Made by a program: the position numbers and the translations under genes. Positions 15,838 to 30,089 of a stretch of DNA of 64,000 nt are shown here, piece after piece. The notes under the pieces were generated by a model that was given only the letters and a program-made list of their open reading frames with translations, searched no databases and had not been told where the DNA came from. Each line of letters begins with the position of its first letter. The first letter of the stretch is position 1. The DNA comes from Eledone cirrhosa (Eukaryota), in assembly GCA_964016885.1 (NCBI GenBank), contig OZ024742.1, positions 68,448,001 through 68,512,000 on the forward strand. Direction: 5' to 3'.

Positions 15838-15925
15838 GTGTTACAATTGTTTCGCCGACAGATAGCTCGAGACATGATCATTGTATGGATCTGCCTGATT
15901 CTATAACTGCGGGTTCTTCTGACAC
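15838..15925 (-). ncRNA. Hammerhead-like motif (CAGAAGA core) followed by AAUAAA
   Basis: Minus strand reads GUGU-CAGAAGA-..extended stem II..-GAA-ACAAUUGU-A-ACAC-GC-AAUAAA. Confidence 0.6.
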
Positions 15926-16216
15926 ATGCAATGCATTCGGAGCAAATTTTCTCACTGGGGTGTTAACTTCAAAAAAGACCTTCAAAAAACATCTTCCACT
16001 CTTGTCTTATCATTGGCTGTTGTTTTTCTACGTCTTCATAAATTCTGGTCAATATTTACTTCCACACTGGTCATCAGCTACTCATATATATATATATATA
16101 AACGTTAGAATATGTGTAATAAGGCCAAGACAATGCAGATATGGACATAGAAAAAGAATGCAATAGTGAGAGATATTGATGAGAATTCGTCTTTCACCTT
16201 GAATTTATTTAAATGT

Positions 16217-16251
16217 CCTTAATTTTCGAGATAATATCTCTTCTTCGGAGG
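16217..16251 (-). ncRNA. Minimal hammerhead ribozyme, CCGAAGA core
   Basis: Minus strand reads CCU-CCGAAGA-A-GAGAU-AUU-AUCUC-GAA-AAUU-A-AGG, followed by AAUAAA. Confidence 0.65.
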
Positions 16252-16343
16252 GAAGTAAAAGTCTCAGACCAGCGCCTTATTACACATATTCTAACGTTTA
16301 TACCTCATTACACAATGCTTCAAGTGAACTATAACCTCCTCCT

Positions 16344-16374
<31 letters not shown>

Positions 16375-16386
16375 GTGTGTGTGAAT

Positions 16387-16517
<131 letters not shown>

Positions 16518-16586
16518 GAGAATTAGTACATCTACCAACATATGTGTACAGATCTACACTCATGCTAGCAAATATATAAGTTATGT

Positions 16587-16710
<124 letters not shown>

Positions 16711-16829
16711 CTGATGTTTTGCGGCGGTGTTTGACTCGAATGAGAATTCGACTATTTTTAGTGTAACATGCTACCACGAGGAGTCTCTGTCATTTGCTGG
16801 ACAGTGCTCTTGTTAGTCATCTTGTTGTA

Positions 16830-17245
16830 GGGGATTAACAGAATCGTAAGAACGCCGGGCAAATGCTTAACCGTGTTTGTTCCGTAACTCTTTACGTTCT
16901 GAATTCAAATCTCGCCGAGGTTAGCTTTGCCTTTGATCCTTACGTGGTCGATCATATAAAGCACCAGTAATACATTGGGGATCGAATTAATTGACTTTCC
17001 CCTCCCCTCAAATTGCTGGCCTTGTGCCTAAATCAGAACCATTATAATTATAAGGGCGGTGAATTGGCAGTATTGGTATAGGGTCAGACATGCTTTCCAG
17101 CGTAGTTACGTCCCTTTACGATCTGAGTTCAAATCCCGCCGGGGTTAACTTTGCCTTTCATCCTTACGGCGTCGATAGAATAAAGTACCAGTAATGTACT
17201 TGGTAATTGCTGGCCTTGTGCCAAAAGTAGAAACAATTATTATTA
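16830..17245 (+). mobile_element. Two tandem copies of the window's most abundant tRNA-derived SINE
   Basis: ggcggtgaattggcag...ctgagttcaaatcccgccg..ctttgcctttcatccttacgg..gctggccttgtgccaaaagtagaaacaatt. Other copies at about 23792-23990(-), 24520-24737(-), 43770-43950(-), 48050-48200(-), 52008-52130(+), 55840-56035(-), 57579-57766(+), 61003-61190(-) and 63774-63862(+). Confidence 0.85.
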
Positions 17246-17625
17246 TAATGTTCGTTCATTTATCGACACGTGCGGATTGCTCTCATAATTTTGTTGTTAT
17301 ACCATTGTTATCCAACGTATTTTGTTGACACTTTAATATTGGTGTATAGTTAAAGTAACTCGTATCTTTATGAGCTGATTAATTTTTCACTACCTGTGTT
17401 TTGATCTCGTCAACAGCAAGTTTTACATAGCTGGATTGTACTACCCTGTTTCCGAAGGCACATTCATGTCTTGCTATTGAAGTGTTAAACAGAATGTGTA
17501 GGAGGCTCTGACTCGCCTTAGAAATCTCTTCTTTTTGTTTAACTAGTGAACTAGTATAAATATATATATATGTGTGTGTGTGTGTGTCAGTGAGAGAGAG
17601 CGTGTATGTGTGTGTGTGTGTATGT

Positions 17626-17659
<34 letters not shown>

Positions 17660-19332
17660 ATGAGTTTGTGGGTGTGATTTAGACATATATGTGTTGAACC
17701 CCGACTGATCTATCTTAAAGTGCTTGATAAATAGTTAAAATAATTTATAACATTTATAGCAACGGCATTAGTCTACATGATAAAGAAGCGTTTAAAAACA
17801 CAATATTCACATCATATAATCATATAAATACCTGTTTTGCTCTGCGATACTAAACCGATTTTCGTCGATGGTGATTCATTCGCTGTCAATATCATACCCT
17901 TCATATTTTACTTTTCTTGTAGTTGATGTGTCGCATTACTCTATAGTTTGTTTTTAACTTAGTCTTGATCATATCGGTTTGGATTGGATTTGAACTGTTA
18001 GCTTTGTTCAAATAATCACTATCTCTTTTCATACCGACAGCTTGCTTGCGATTAATAATAGATGCCAGCATTTATTATTACAGGCTTGGATTTATTTTTT
18101 ATATTATGTTATATTTCTGTTTACCTTCCTTTTATTCAGTTGTATATTTTCCTTATTGATTTCATTTGGGATTGAGGGATTTTTCTTTCATTTTCTATAT
18201 CATTATCATAATTCTTATTATTATTACTATTAGTATTATTATTATTATTGTATAATATCATCCTCCCCATCATCATCATCAACATTATCATTATCGTCGT
18301 CATTGTGGCATGACATGAGAGAGCGAGCTTTTTAATTATACAAATCTAAGACCTAAATTATAAGATGCATAGTAATATCACTCCCTGAGAGCTGTTTGAA
18401 AAAATACTAGAGAGACCAACATGAGAGAAGTCAATGACACTATAGGATGAAGTGGGTATCAATAGAGTAGGTACTGTAATATATAGTAGAATAAACACCA
18501 ATAGAGAAGGTATTGATATTATGTGAAAGAATAAGTATCAAAGGAACAGTTATCGATTATATTGTGATGGAATGGGCATCAATAGAGCCGATATCGATAT
18601 TATATGGTAGAATAGACATCAATAGAGCATTATAGATATTATATGATAAGAGTGAGCTGCAATAAGAACCAATAAAACGACTAAATACTAAAGAAAAACA
18701 GATTTGAATAAATATATGGGGAGGCAGATTGAGGAAAATCAAATGTAGGAAACCGCAAACGTAAATATCGAAATATGCTCATTAATATATATATATATAT
18801 CTAAATATATGTACACAGACATATACTCAAGATTCATGCCACGTTCACATACGCGTATTGGTTTATAAATCTACAAGTATATACACCATTATTTTACGGA
18901 GTAATATTCTGTTTGAGCGTATTTCTTCACAAAACTACAAAAATGAAATGGGCGTGGAATATTTAAATTATAAGTGTGCATGTGTGTCTGTGTTTGTAAG
19001 TGTATAAGTGTGTGTCTGTATAGTTCAAGACTAACTCAGAGATACACTTACATAAAGTCTTATTAGTTTCACGCTTGTTGGAAAAGGAGAAGGAATGTCT
19101 CAACGTATGGGAAAGGGCTAAAGTTAGAAGAAAGAGGAATTTGGAAGGTTAAAGAAAAATAGGTTTTATCAGGATGGATAAGATGGGTAAGTGTGAGTGT
19201 AAGTATTCCAGCGTTTAAGCAGGAATTGGTGACGAAATAGTTGCGGAGCATCCGGGTCATTGGTGTTGATATGTGTGCGCAGACGAGGTGCTTTTATTTT
19301 CATTTGTGCATGTGTCTGTATGTGTGTGTCTG

Positions 19333-19443
<111 letters not shown>

Positions 19444-19724
19444 CTTATGAAGTGTAATATTTAAAAAAAAGAACGTATTCCGTGCGAAGAGAAGAAACTT
19501 CTATGGTAGGCTGCAAAAATTGAATTAATAATGCTTGTTGATGTAGCCAGAAGAAGAATACATATATATATATACACAGACGAATATATATATATATTAG
19601 CCGTCGAAACGGCTTGAGCTCAGCCGTCGGGGTCTTACTTGTTCCTATTACCCACTCTACTACCCTAAGTATTGAGTACTTTGGTGCGTTATGGTCCACC
19701 TGGTTCCTTACCACATTTCCTTCG

Positions 19725-19820
<96 letters not shown>

Positions 19821-19892
19821 CGAAGGAAATGTGGTAAGGAACCAGGTGGACCATAACGCACCAAAGTACTCAATACTTAGAGTAGTAGAGTG

Positions 19893-19951
<59 letters not shown>

Positions 19952-19955
<4 letters not shown>

Positions 19956-20182
19956 AGTGTAACTTGGAGTTACTGCAGGTTCACCCGGGTGAGCACTCGA
20001 TGTTTAGGTTCACTTCTGTGTTGAGGTGTAGAGCTATACAGAGTGTAATATATTGAAAGGATAACAAGGACGGTTGGTTACTCCTTCATTACATTTATTG
20101 GTAGGTGACGCGCGTTTCGCCAATGATCAGCTCAAGGTTCTATCTTGATCGAACCTTGAGCTGATCGTCCTTGTTATCCTTT

Positions 20183-20186
<4 letters not shown>
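19952..20186 (-). mobile_element. PLE/retrozyme-like 3' terminus related to the 3060-3730 element, truncated within HHR stem II
   Basis: Shares the gggagtgtaa terminus and GAA-ACGCGCGU-C-ACC. Ends in a 16-bp hairpin and a short inverted copy. Confidence 0.6.
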
Positions 20187-20229
<43 letters not shown>

Positions 20230-20730
20230 AAAGTTGGTTGATTGAAAATCTGCCGGCTCTTTCATAACAGATGTCAAGCACTCCACGGTTTTTGTTCATC
20301 TGGAGTTTTGTTATAATAATAAACAAGAAAGACGGTTTCATTTGTCCATCCCTATTTATTTTGTTATACGTATTTCGAAGACGCATGATAGTTGTATAAC
20401 AACTGCCCTACGTGTTCTCTTCAGACAAAAATTCACACGAGATGTAAAGTTCCATTGATATGTTACCGGTCATACGTGTTATTCCCTTCGCCAACCAGCA
20501 AGCATAAGTAGTAGTTCTTATATGTGTGACAGATAGATATTCCAATTGGCGTTGCTGCTTGTGAACTGGCTAAGGTATCAAGTTACCAGATTAGTAGAAG
20601 GCGCAAGCCATCAGCTTCCAAAATTCGTAGTTAAAATGCTTTCAAATGTTTATTCGTAAACATACCTTATATCATTAGATATACAAAATTCACACACATA
20701 TATGTATTCAGCTATCTCGGAGCGAAAACT

Positions 20731-20764
<34 letters not shown>

Positions 20765-20785
20765 ACAAAGTAAGGTATTTTTAAA

Positions 20786-21207
20786 TGTCCCGCACGGGTA
20801 AAAATAAAAGGAAAAGAAAATTAGAATTTTCGAACTCCAACAAGATCCGTGACCACAACAGAAACACAAACCATCCATCTCAATTTTCCTTTTGAAAGAG
20901 TCCAGTTGCATTTTCAATTTCTTTTCTTTATATATATATATATTTTTTTAATATAGAAATAGCTTCTACAGGACTAGAACTGTTACATCGCAAGGAAATC
21001 ATTAAGAAAGTCCTGGTGGTTTCCTTCGAATGAAACAGTTCTAATCCTGTAGAAGCCATTTCTATATTTTAAAAAAGAATATATATATATATAAGGGAAA
21101 GAAATGGAAAATTGAGATGGAGGGTTTGTGTTTCTGTTGTGGTTTGTCACGCATCTAGTTGGAGTTTGAAAATTCTAATTTTCTTTTCCTTCTATTTTTA
21201 CCTGTGT

Positions 21208-21210
<3 letters not shown>
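20786..21210. mobile_element. Diverged fold-back of an HHR-bearing repeat; a further family member at about 23060-23240
   Basis: About 20786-21005 is inverted relative to about 21010-21210. The composite of copies (21010-21057 +, 23069-23118 -) gives GGCUUC-CUGAUGA-..-GAA-ACAG..CUGU-A-GAAGCC. Each single copy carries core mutations. Confidence 0.65.
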
Positions 21211-21267
<57 letters not shown>

Positions 21268-21269
<2 letters not shown>

Positions 21270-23038
21270 GGAAAAATTTGAACAGGGACAAAACAGAGAG
21301 GCAGTACAACGAATGTTTATTAATTTCACGCTCTGGAGAGTGGGGTGTTGGTGGGGGACGACGTTTCGGGCATAAGCCCTTCCTCAGGTGAGAAGTGTGT
21401 GGGAACAGAGTTCAAAGGGTGTGTAGGGGAGTGGTGGAGAGACATATAGCGAAAGGAAACGGTGCGAATGAAAAAATAAAAAATAAAGATAAAAATAAAA
21501 ATAAAGCATGATCAAAATACAAGGAATGAGATAAATTTAAATAGAAAGGCATGATCAAAATAAACTGAAATTAAAAGGGGGGTAAAACAGGTGGTGGAAG
21601 GGTGTGGGGTTTGTAGGGGTGGTGGCGGGTGGAGTGGGGAGAGGGAGACGGGGTGTCCGAGCGGGGAGGGCTGAAGGTGGTGTGTGTGTGTAGGTGTGCG
21701 TGTGTGTGTGTGTGTGTGTGTATGTGAAAGTAAGGGTTGGGGGAAGAACGGGGTTGCATGTTCAGGAAGAGGTGTGTGTGGGGGGGTTTGTGGGTCGGAG
21801 TGTCTGTGCGTGTGTGGATAGAGGGGTGGGGGGGAGAGGAATCAGGAGGCTGAGGGTGTAAATATGTGGTGGAAAGCACGTGTGTGTGTGGGGTTTAAGC
21901 GTGTTGTGGGTGTAGGTGGCGTGTGGAGAAAAAAGTTTTTTTGGGGTGTGTGTGTGGGTGAGTTATATAGGTGATTATGTAAGAGGATGGTTGAAAAGTA
22001 GGTAAATTCCGAAGATGTTTAGTGGATTCGTTGTTGGTCAATTTCTGCGTGTGGGTATTCCATGAAGCGATGGTCGGAAGAGGAGAGATGTGGGGTGCGC
22101 ACGCAACAGGAAGTGGTCAAGCAGTGGGAGTGCTGTGTGTCTGTTTGTGCTGGGAGGTGGTCAGAGGGCATAGCAGCAGTCGGTGGAATGGTAAAGGGGC
22201 GAGGATGGGTAGGTGTGAAAGTTGGAGTGAGGAGTGTGTGTGTGTGTGTATTAGTAGAGGTGTTAGTGGGGTGAATGAGTGTGGAGCGAGGGTGTGGGTG
22301 GAGTGGGGAGAGAAGGATGTGTGTGGTTCTATGGAGGGAGTGTGGTGTACTGGTGTGTGTGTAGTTTGATGAAGAGGTGTTAGTGGGTGTTAGTATACGG
22401 GAGGTGGGGAGGGGTTGAATGCAGGTGTGAGTGGGGGTTAGTGGTGGTAGGGTGTGTAGAGTTGGTGGTGTACGAGGGTGTGTGGGTACGTGTGCGTGGG
22501 GTTGGGGTGTGTTAGTGATGTTAGTTGCGTGTGGGGTGGGTGGTGTAAGTGGGTGCGTGTGTTCGTGTGCTTGGGGTTAGGGGGTGTTAGCGAGGTTAGT
22601 TGCGGGGTGGTGGGATGGAGGTGTGGGGATGAGAGGTGTGGGGGTGAGGGTTAGTGGTGGTAGCAGGGTGTGTGTTTGGTGTGAGCGCGTGTATATATGT
22701 GCCGGTGGGTGTGTGCGTGTGATAAGGAGGGGGGAGGAGGAGAAGAGGGGAGGGATGTTAGTATGTTAGTTGGGGAAGGGTGGTCAGATGAGGGGTGGAG
22801 TGGAGGTGTTAGTATTGTTAGTTTTGGGGTGGGCGGTGAAAAGGAGGGGTGTGTTAGTGGTGTTAGTGGGGGATAAGTGTGGGGGGAGGGGGGCGGTCGA
22901 AGGCTAAAGGAATAAGGGTGGGGAGTTCAGGCCGGGGGGAGTGTGGGTCTGTAAGATGAAGATAGTTCGTTGTTCGAACGTAAGGCGATTGGCGGGTGTT
23001 CCGTGGCACTGGAGTAGGCCACAGACTGTGAGATGGCG
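21268..23038 (-). mobile_element. 5'-truncated Penelope-like element (Neptune-type): GIY-YIG C-terminus, 1.6-kb 3'UTR, HHR core and AATAAA
   Basis: Minus frame 23038-22904 reads RHLTVCGLLQCHGTPANRLTFEQRTIFILQTHTPPGLNSPPLFL*, matching the EQ..IF.L.T..P.GLN motif. Flanked by (TA)n on both sides. Confidence 0.8.
21357..21390 (-). ncRNA. Hammerhead core in the PLE 3' end
   Basis: CUGAGGA-A-GGGC-UUAU-GCCC-GAA-ACG-U-CGU-C. An adjacent stem I pairing is not evident. Confidence 0.65.
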
Positions 23039-23235
23039 TATATATATATATATATATATAATAGAAATGGCTTCTGCAGACTAGAACTGTTTAATTCAGG
23101 GAAAATCATCAGGAAGCCGACTGTCCATGTAATATGGTGGTATTTATACCTTATTTTGGTGGTAGGAGAGGGTGGTGATTGGGATGGGTGGAGGTCATTG
23201 ATTGATGGATTTAAAGAAAAGAGTATCTTTAAAAA

Positions 23236-23304
<69 letters not shown>

Positions 23305-23719
23305 TTAGAGTTTTCGCTCCGACATAGCTGTATACAGCGATGTCGAAGCGAAAACTTCCAAAATTCATATGTATGCGAATTTTGTATATCTAACGAATAA
23401 ACATTTGAAAACATTTTAACTATGAATTTTGGAAGCTGATGGTTTACGCCATCTAGCAGATTCCAGCTGAAACAGTAAAGGATATCTATCGACGATCGTT
23501 TTACATAGGCGTAAAAGCTATATATGTTCGCCTATATTAAATTCCAGCAGTGAGCAGGGTAGGAGAGCACTATCATGATAACGCTCACTAGCCAGAAACG
23601 ATCGTCGATAGTTATCTTCTTCTGCTTCTGCTGGAAAATTCAGCTTACAAAATTCATAGCTAAAGGCTTTCAGATGTTTATTTGTAAACATACATATCAT
23701 TAGATATATAAGAGTCACT

Positions 23720-23750
<31 letters not shown>

Positions 23751-24818
23751 GTGTGTGTGTGTAATCAAAGAAGAGGCGCGTGGCGTTACAGTAATAATTG
23801 TTTCTACGTTTGACACAAGGCCAGCAATTCCCCCAGTGCATTACTGGTACTTTATTTTATCGACCCCGTAAGGATGAAAGGCAAAGTTTAACCTCGGCGG
23901 GATTTGAACTCAGATTGTAAAGGGCCGTAGCTCTATGCTGCAAAACATGGTGTTTGACGCTCTACCGATACTGCCAATCCCCTGCCCTTACCAACCTTAA
24001 TAATGATTTCATTTATTGGCCACAAGGGCCGAACCAACCTTAATAATAAAAGCAGAATGGTGTATCTCGTATTTATTTATGGATCATATATCTTTCACAT
24101 TGTGGAGTTTATTATTATTTATATTTGTTATTATTATTAATAATATCATTGTTACTGTTATTGTTGATATTATTGTTATTATTACCATCATCGTTATTAT
24201 TATGTATATCATATCTAAATAAAATAATTACCTTATTATTGATGTTGGTTTTATTGACGTTATACGATCGCATTTTATGGCTTATATTCTGGAACACTAA
24301 ACATTTTAAAAGGTTATACTATGAATAAACGATGAATATTTGCTCATAGAATACCTTACTAATTATGAATATTTTTAAACTGTCAAAAAGTGCTGTATGT
24401 TACAACAAAATAAAAATTAATCAAATATATATATATTGATGTATAATATAACATAAAGTAACATATAACGTAAAATATATTCATATGTAATACAAAAATA
24501 TAAAATATGTTAATAAATATTTGTTTCCAATATTGGCACAAGGTCGAAAATTTGTGGGAAGGAAAGGTTGATTGTTACCAACCCTAGTATATGGCTGGTA
24601 ATTTATTTCATCGACTCCGAATTGTTAAATGGCAAAGTTGACCGTGGCGGGATTTGAATTCAGAACGTAGAAAGACGTAAGTAAATACCGCAAAGATTTT
24701 GTCAGACTCTCCACCGATACTGTCAACTCACCGCCTTTATATTAATCTATATATAAACTTCTGTGATTCTGTCACAACACGTGAAGAGAGAGGGATATTT
24801 TGACTACCTCATACTGCT

Positions 24819-24861
<43 letters not shown>

Positions 24862-25703
24862 ACGTCTGCTGCCTGCGTGAATGTATGTGTGTGTAAAAGG
24901 AAGGAAGGGCTTGGTGAAAAAGCTATAGCCAAATAGCGGTTGGCGTTCCATTTGTTATGATGTGTGTTTGTGTGAATGCATGTGTGTGTGTTTGTGTTAT
25001 TGTATGCGTGTGTTTGTCTGAATGTATGTTTGTGAGTGTGTATTTCTATAAGTGTGTCTGTGTTTACACGTTTATATTTATATACTCATACATATAAATG
25101 TATGCATATGCACATACACACATACACACGCACACATATATACACATACGCGTCAGCGTATTGAAAAAAAATCCTTGTATATTATAATTCAAAAAACGAG
25201 ACATAAAATAAACAAGAGAAGGAGAAATGCGGCGCAAGTAAAAAACTAGTTTCCATTAGGCCGGATATAATATATTAATGAATAATTTTATAAATATTTT
25301 ATTGATGAAGATACTGTAATTAAAATATTCATTTTATCACGTGACATATTGATATTTAAAGATTCGTTGGTATTGATTTTGTTGATGAAAGGGGAGGGAG
25401 AGATTGTGTTAGATGATATAGCGGAGAGTTAGGCAAACTTATATAGGTTTGGTATATACATATATGTGTGTGTATGTGTGTGTGTGAGAGTGTGTGTGTG
25501 CGGAGCATGTGTGTGCATGTATGAGGGGGGGGGCTGCGTGTGTATGCGGGACCTGCGTGTGTGCGCGGGGCGTGTACGCACACGTATCTGTGTGTTAGCC
25601 TCTGATTGTTTGTAACTATATGTACAAAAAGAATGTGGGGGAGATATAGATATATTGAAATAGGAATGGGGGGAAAGTTCAAATTAATAAAAATATAACG
25701 AGT

Positions 25704-25782
<79 letters not shown>

Positions 25783-25986
25783 TGTATCATCACCACGGAT
25801 ACTATCACCATACACTACATAACACATTGACACTTTTCCCGAACCCATCAGGCACATCAACAAACGTTTATTAAACTATCACATCACATACCATAATATG
25901 CCACTTGCATTCATATAGAAGTTTTTACCGTTTCGTAAGTACAGAGTATTAACCAGTAACATTCCAACTTTATATAAACATATATG

Positions 25987-26042
<56 letters not shown>

Positions 26043-26583
26043 TGCGCGCGCGCGTGTGTGTGTGTGTGTGTGTGTGTGTGTCGGGTGGAGGGAGCAAGAG
26101 AGAGAGAAATCACATACATGTAAATGTACAGAAAATAGTAATTCAATAATTCCATAACTTGGTCTAAAACCAATTACACTATGATAGAATTTTATAAAAT
26201 GGCGTCTCTAGAAAGTGAAATTTGAACATATTTGTACGTGTTTTTATGTGTTTATATGCCCGTGCATTCGTGCGTGCGCGTGTGTGTGTGTGTGTGTGTG
26301 GCGTTAAAATCATTAAAGATAGTTAAACATATCTGAAAATTTCCTTATGTTTAATGCAAGCTAGTGGTCTGATATATTTCTTCTTCTTCTACTTTACTCC
26401 CAGAAGCTATAAAATTGAAATTATCCAAGTGAACGAAGAATGAAAATGAGAGAGTTCCTTATGTTTGACGTCCATGTTTGTTATTTAACATTGTTAAGGC
26501 ATCGTCCATATTTGAAGTGGAGAAACGATAGAAATTATAACAATAATATCAATAAGAAAATTACAAGAAAATGTTTTTGTTTT

Positions 26584-26614
<31 letters not shown>

Positions 26615-28332
26615 AAGAAGAAGAAGAAGAAGAAGAAGAAGAAGAAGAAGAAGAAGAAGAAGAAGAAGAAGAAGAAGAAGAAGAAGAAGAAGAAGAAGAA
26701 TGTTTAGAATTTAATCTTCTGACTTCTATAAAATAACTATTAAATCAGTAATGCAGTTTCCTATAAAAGAAGTTATTCTTGGTCTTTAATTTTTGCGATG
26801 AGTCAATATATGCCACATTATTTCACGACTGCATAAATAATGGAACTTTCATAGTGTGGAATGGTGTTAAAGGGAAGCAGATTGAAGGCGCTATTATTTT
26901 CTTGTTTGTTCCTTCATTTTATGGGTTGCTAGAAATGAAATATTTTAATAAGGTAACCAATCCATTTTAAAGAAATGGTAAAAGAAACATATGTTGATAA
27001 AATATGGAATACAACACAAAAGCAGAGTTATGGAAAAGATTATGAAGTTTGTATATGATGGCGATATTATATTATGAATATCCATTCTAAAACCTGAATA
27101 TTTGTCGGTTGGTGGAAATGACTAGGTTATTATAGCTGAAATCGATTTTACTGTGGCAATTAATTCGGAAAATTCCATTGATTCGCTTGAATAAACAGAA
27201 TGAAAAGACTATAGAGAGAAGAAATTGAAGGTTTAAGACTCCATAGTTGCTTAACTATAAAATAGTAATGTTTTATACTGTACTATGGTGTATATATATA
27301 TATATATATATATATTCTTTTTCTTTTATATATATTTTATATATATATATATTATATATATATATGTATATATATATGTATGTATATATATATATATATA
27401 TTATATATATATATACACACATGTATATATGTGTGTGTAAGTGTATGTATATATATATATATATATTATGGGTTACGTTATATGTGTGTGTGTGTGTGTG
27501 TGTGAGTGAGCGAATGAGAGTGTGTGTATGTGAGTGTGAGTGTGTGTGTGTATGTGTATGTAAATGTGCATGTGTGTGCGTATATATATGTGTATAACAG
27601 GTGGTATGTGTATTGTAAATATTTGGTTATGAAGTTTGCAGTGCGAATATTACGACAGAAAGGAAATAAAATGGAAGGAAATCAAAGATAAAAAAGTTGA
27701 AGGGGAGTGAGGGGGGAAGTAAGTCAAACTTATAAACCAAAAATATTTATAAAATGAAAGTGAAAGAATCGCCAGAGGTCGCTGCACTATGTCATTAATA
27801 GTTTAAATCGATCCCATAAAATGATTTTGCACTCACATATGCGTAAATGCGTAAACATACTTTCATTCATTCCCGTATGCACACGTACAGATACACTCAC
27901 TCAAAAACACTCAGACACAAAAGTGTGTAGTGATATGTTATTCATACACATACATACACAACAATTTATCACCACACAGAGAAGTACATCATATATAACA
28001 GAAGTTATTAATATTGAAACTCAATGAGGACTATGTGGAGTGGATATATGTATATCCATTATATGTAGTAGATGTGAATATACATAAAGTGATTTGATAG
28101 AAGTGAAAGACAATGTTCAACAGGTCGAACTAGAGTGCAATAATATTTATTCAGAGCTGTGTATGTGTGATTCCCTACAAAGATTTCCACATTTTCGATC
28201 ATCAAGTGACAAGTTGAGAATATAGAATAAGAAAATGGAAAGAGATGTCTGGGAGAAAGAAGAGGAAAGAGGAAGATATACGGGAGTAACAAAAGTAAGA
28301 GAACAGGAGAAAATTAGTCAGCCATTTTGGAA

Positions 28333-28363
<31 letters not shown>

Positions 28364-28380
28364 ACAAATAGTTATATAAA

Positions 28381-28883
28381 CGGAAAAAATGAAACGAAAT
28401 TTCATTTCTCACTCTTAGTACGGCTGTTACTTAAATATAAGTATGTATACGTACATACATATATGTATACAGACGTACAGTTCGTTTCATTTTTTCCGTT
28501 TATCGTTTTCGGTGCGCCCGGCCGATTAAGTCACTCGATATGCAAATTAGGCTGCTCAGCCGTTAATATGCATAAGGAAAGTATATACTTTCAGACGTTC
28601 AATCATCTGGCAGGAAGGTATACGTTGCTGACGATAGCTAATACGCTTGAACTAGTACAGCGTTCCTTTGTCAGTGTTGAACAAATGAGCAACGATGGTT
28701 GCTAGACATTGTACGGCTTAATTCGGGATGTTTGTTTACAAACACACCTAGCATTATAATAAATGTTCGGTGAATCCATACGTACATATATATATGTGTG
28801 CATGTATGTATATATATTTATACATACTACTGTACGTCCGTATACATATATGTATGTACGTATACATACTTATATTTAAATAG

Positions 28884-28885
<2 letters not shown>
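28381..28885 (+). mobile_element. Retrozyme-like family A copy, HHR at 28623-28662 missing one core A, with an inverted 5' segment
   Basis: Homologous to 51407-51948 and 57080-57930. CGUUG-CUGACGA-U-AGC..GCU-U-GAA-CUAG-UA-CAGCG. Confidence 0.8.
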
Positions 28886-28914
<29 letters not shown>

Positions 28915-28917
<3 letters not shown>

Positions 28918-30083
28918 CGTTTCTGAATTTGCTTAGCAAGATTCCTTATCTGAAAACGTGTGTTGAAACCGATATTGTTATACTTTGGGAGGGTCATGTT
29001 GCCAATAAGAAACACACGCACCAGTGATTTCACTTCAATTTATTATAAATTTCTGGTTGGTTAGTTGACTGGTTCTATAACCGGATGATTGTTCATATAT
29101 TGTCAAAGTTCTTTCGTCACACATTCTGTGACCGCTTCAGTGACTGGGGATTCTTTTCTTTATTTTGTGCCTCTCCTTTGTTCTGTCCTACGCCATCTTG
29201 TTTGTGTGTGTGTTGTGTGTTTAGTTAGCGCATATGTTACATCCGGGTATCTGTGTGTGTTTTTATTTGTTTATTTATTTGTTTATTTACATGTTATTAG
29301 TTAGTTGTTTGTTCTATGTGTGTGTGTGTTTTCATTTTGTCCTTAATTATAAGTTGTGATGTTGCTATTCCATTCATGTTTTCCATTTAATTTTGGTTGG
29401 AGTTCATTTATGTTTATTGCCTCTGTGATTTGTTTAAACATTGCGTCTTTTCTGTGTTTAGATTCTATTTTTATCTCTATGTTCTCTAATTTGCCCTTAT
29501 GTTCTATTTTAGCATGTTGGTGGAGCATTGATGAGTCTTTTCTATCTTGGAGTTCTCGCCAGTGTTCATTTAATCGTTCTCCTATGCTACGAGCTGTCTC
29601 ACCTATGTACATTATATTCTTATTTTTACACTGTCCTTCAGTACATTTTATGCTATATACTACATTTTTAGTTTTACAGTTAATATAGGGGCTTAGCTTA
29701 CAGATTATGCATTTCCTATCTATACAGAGAGGTCTTTGAAAAGGGTATGATTTACTAATTAGTGTTTTTATGGAGGTACCTGGTATTTCTACTATCTTAA
29801 TATTTAGTTTAAGTTTATCTAGGGCCCTTCTAAATTTGTAAGCTAGTTCACCTCTAGGGGTTGTATTGATGAACATTACACTCTGGTATTTATTGCTATC
29901 ATACCATGAGTTTATTTTATTAACCTTATTCCTAGTTCTTTCTATTCTATTCCAAAATTTGCTTCTATACAATAAATAATGAGACAAATGGGACCTGCCC
30001 CTTGTATAGGAGCAAATTTTGGAATAGAATAGAAAGAACTAGGAATAAGGTTAATAAAATAAACTCATGGTATGATAGCAATA
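28915..30083 (-). mobile_element. Naiad-type Penelope-like element, 3' part (Cys-rich linker + GIY-YIG endonuclease), with a 5' inversion
   Basis: ORF 29343-29987: LYRSKFW..SWY..SVMF..TP.GELA, CIDRKCIIC, NVVYSIKC, YIGETARSIGERLNEH, QITEA..LN. 29891-29972 is inverted at 30002-30083. Confidence 0.88.
29102..29144 (-). ncRNA. Hammerhead ribozyme in the Naiad 3'UTR (core A9 mutated)
   Basis: GUCA-CUGAAGC-G-GUCACA-GAAUG-UGUGAC-GAA-AGAACU-U-UGAC. Confidence 0.7.
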
Positions 30084-30089
30084 GAATCT

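Noticed and set aside
22250-22870. Interstitial telomeric repeat
   Set aside because: The motif is mostly GTTAGT and dispersed, not tandem TTAGGG, and it lies within a PLE 3'UTR.
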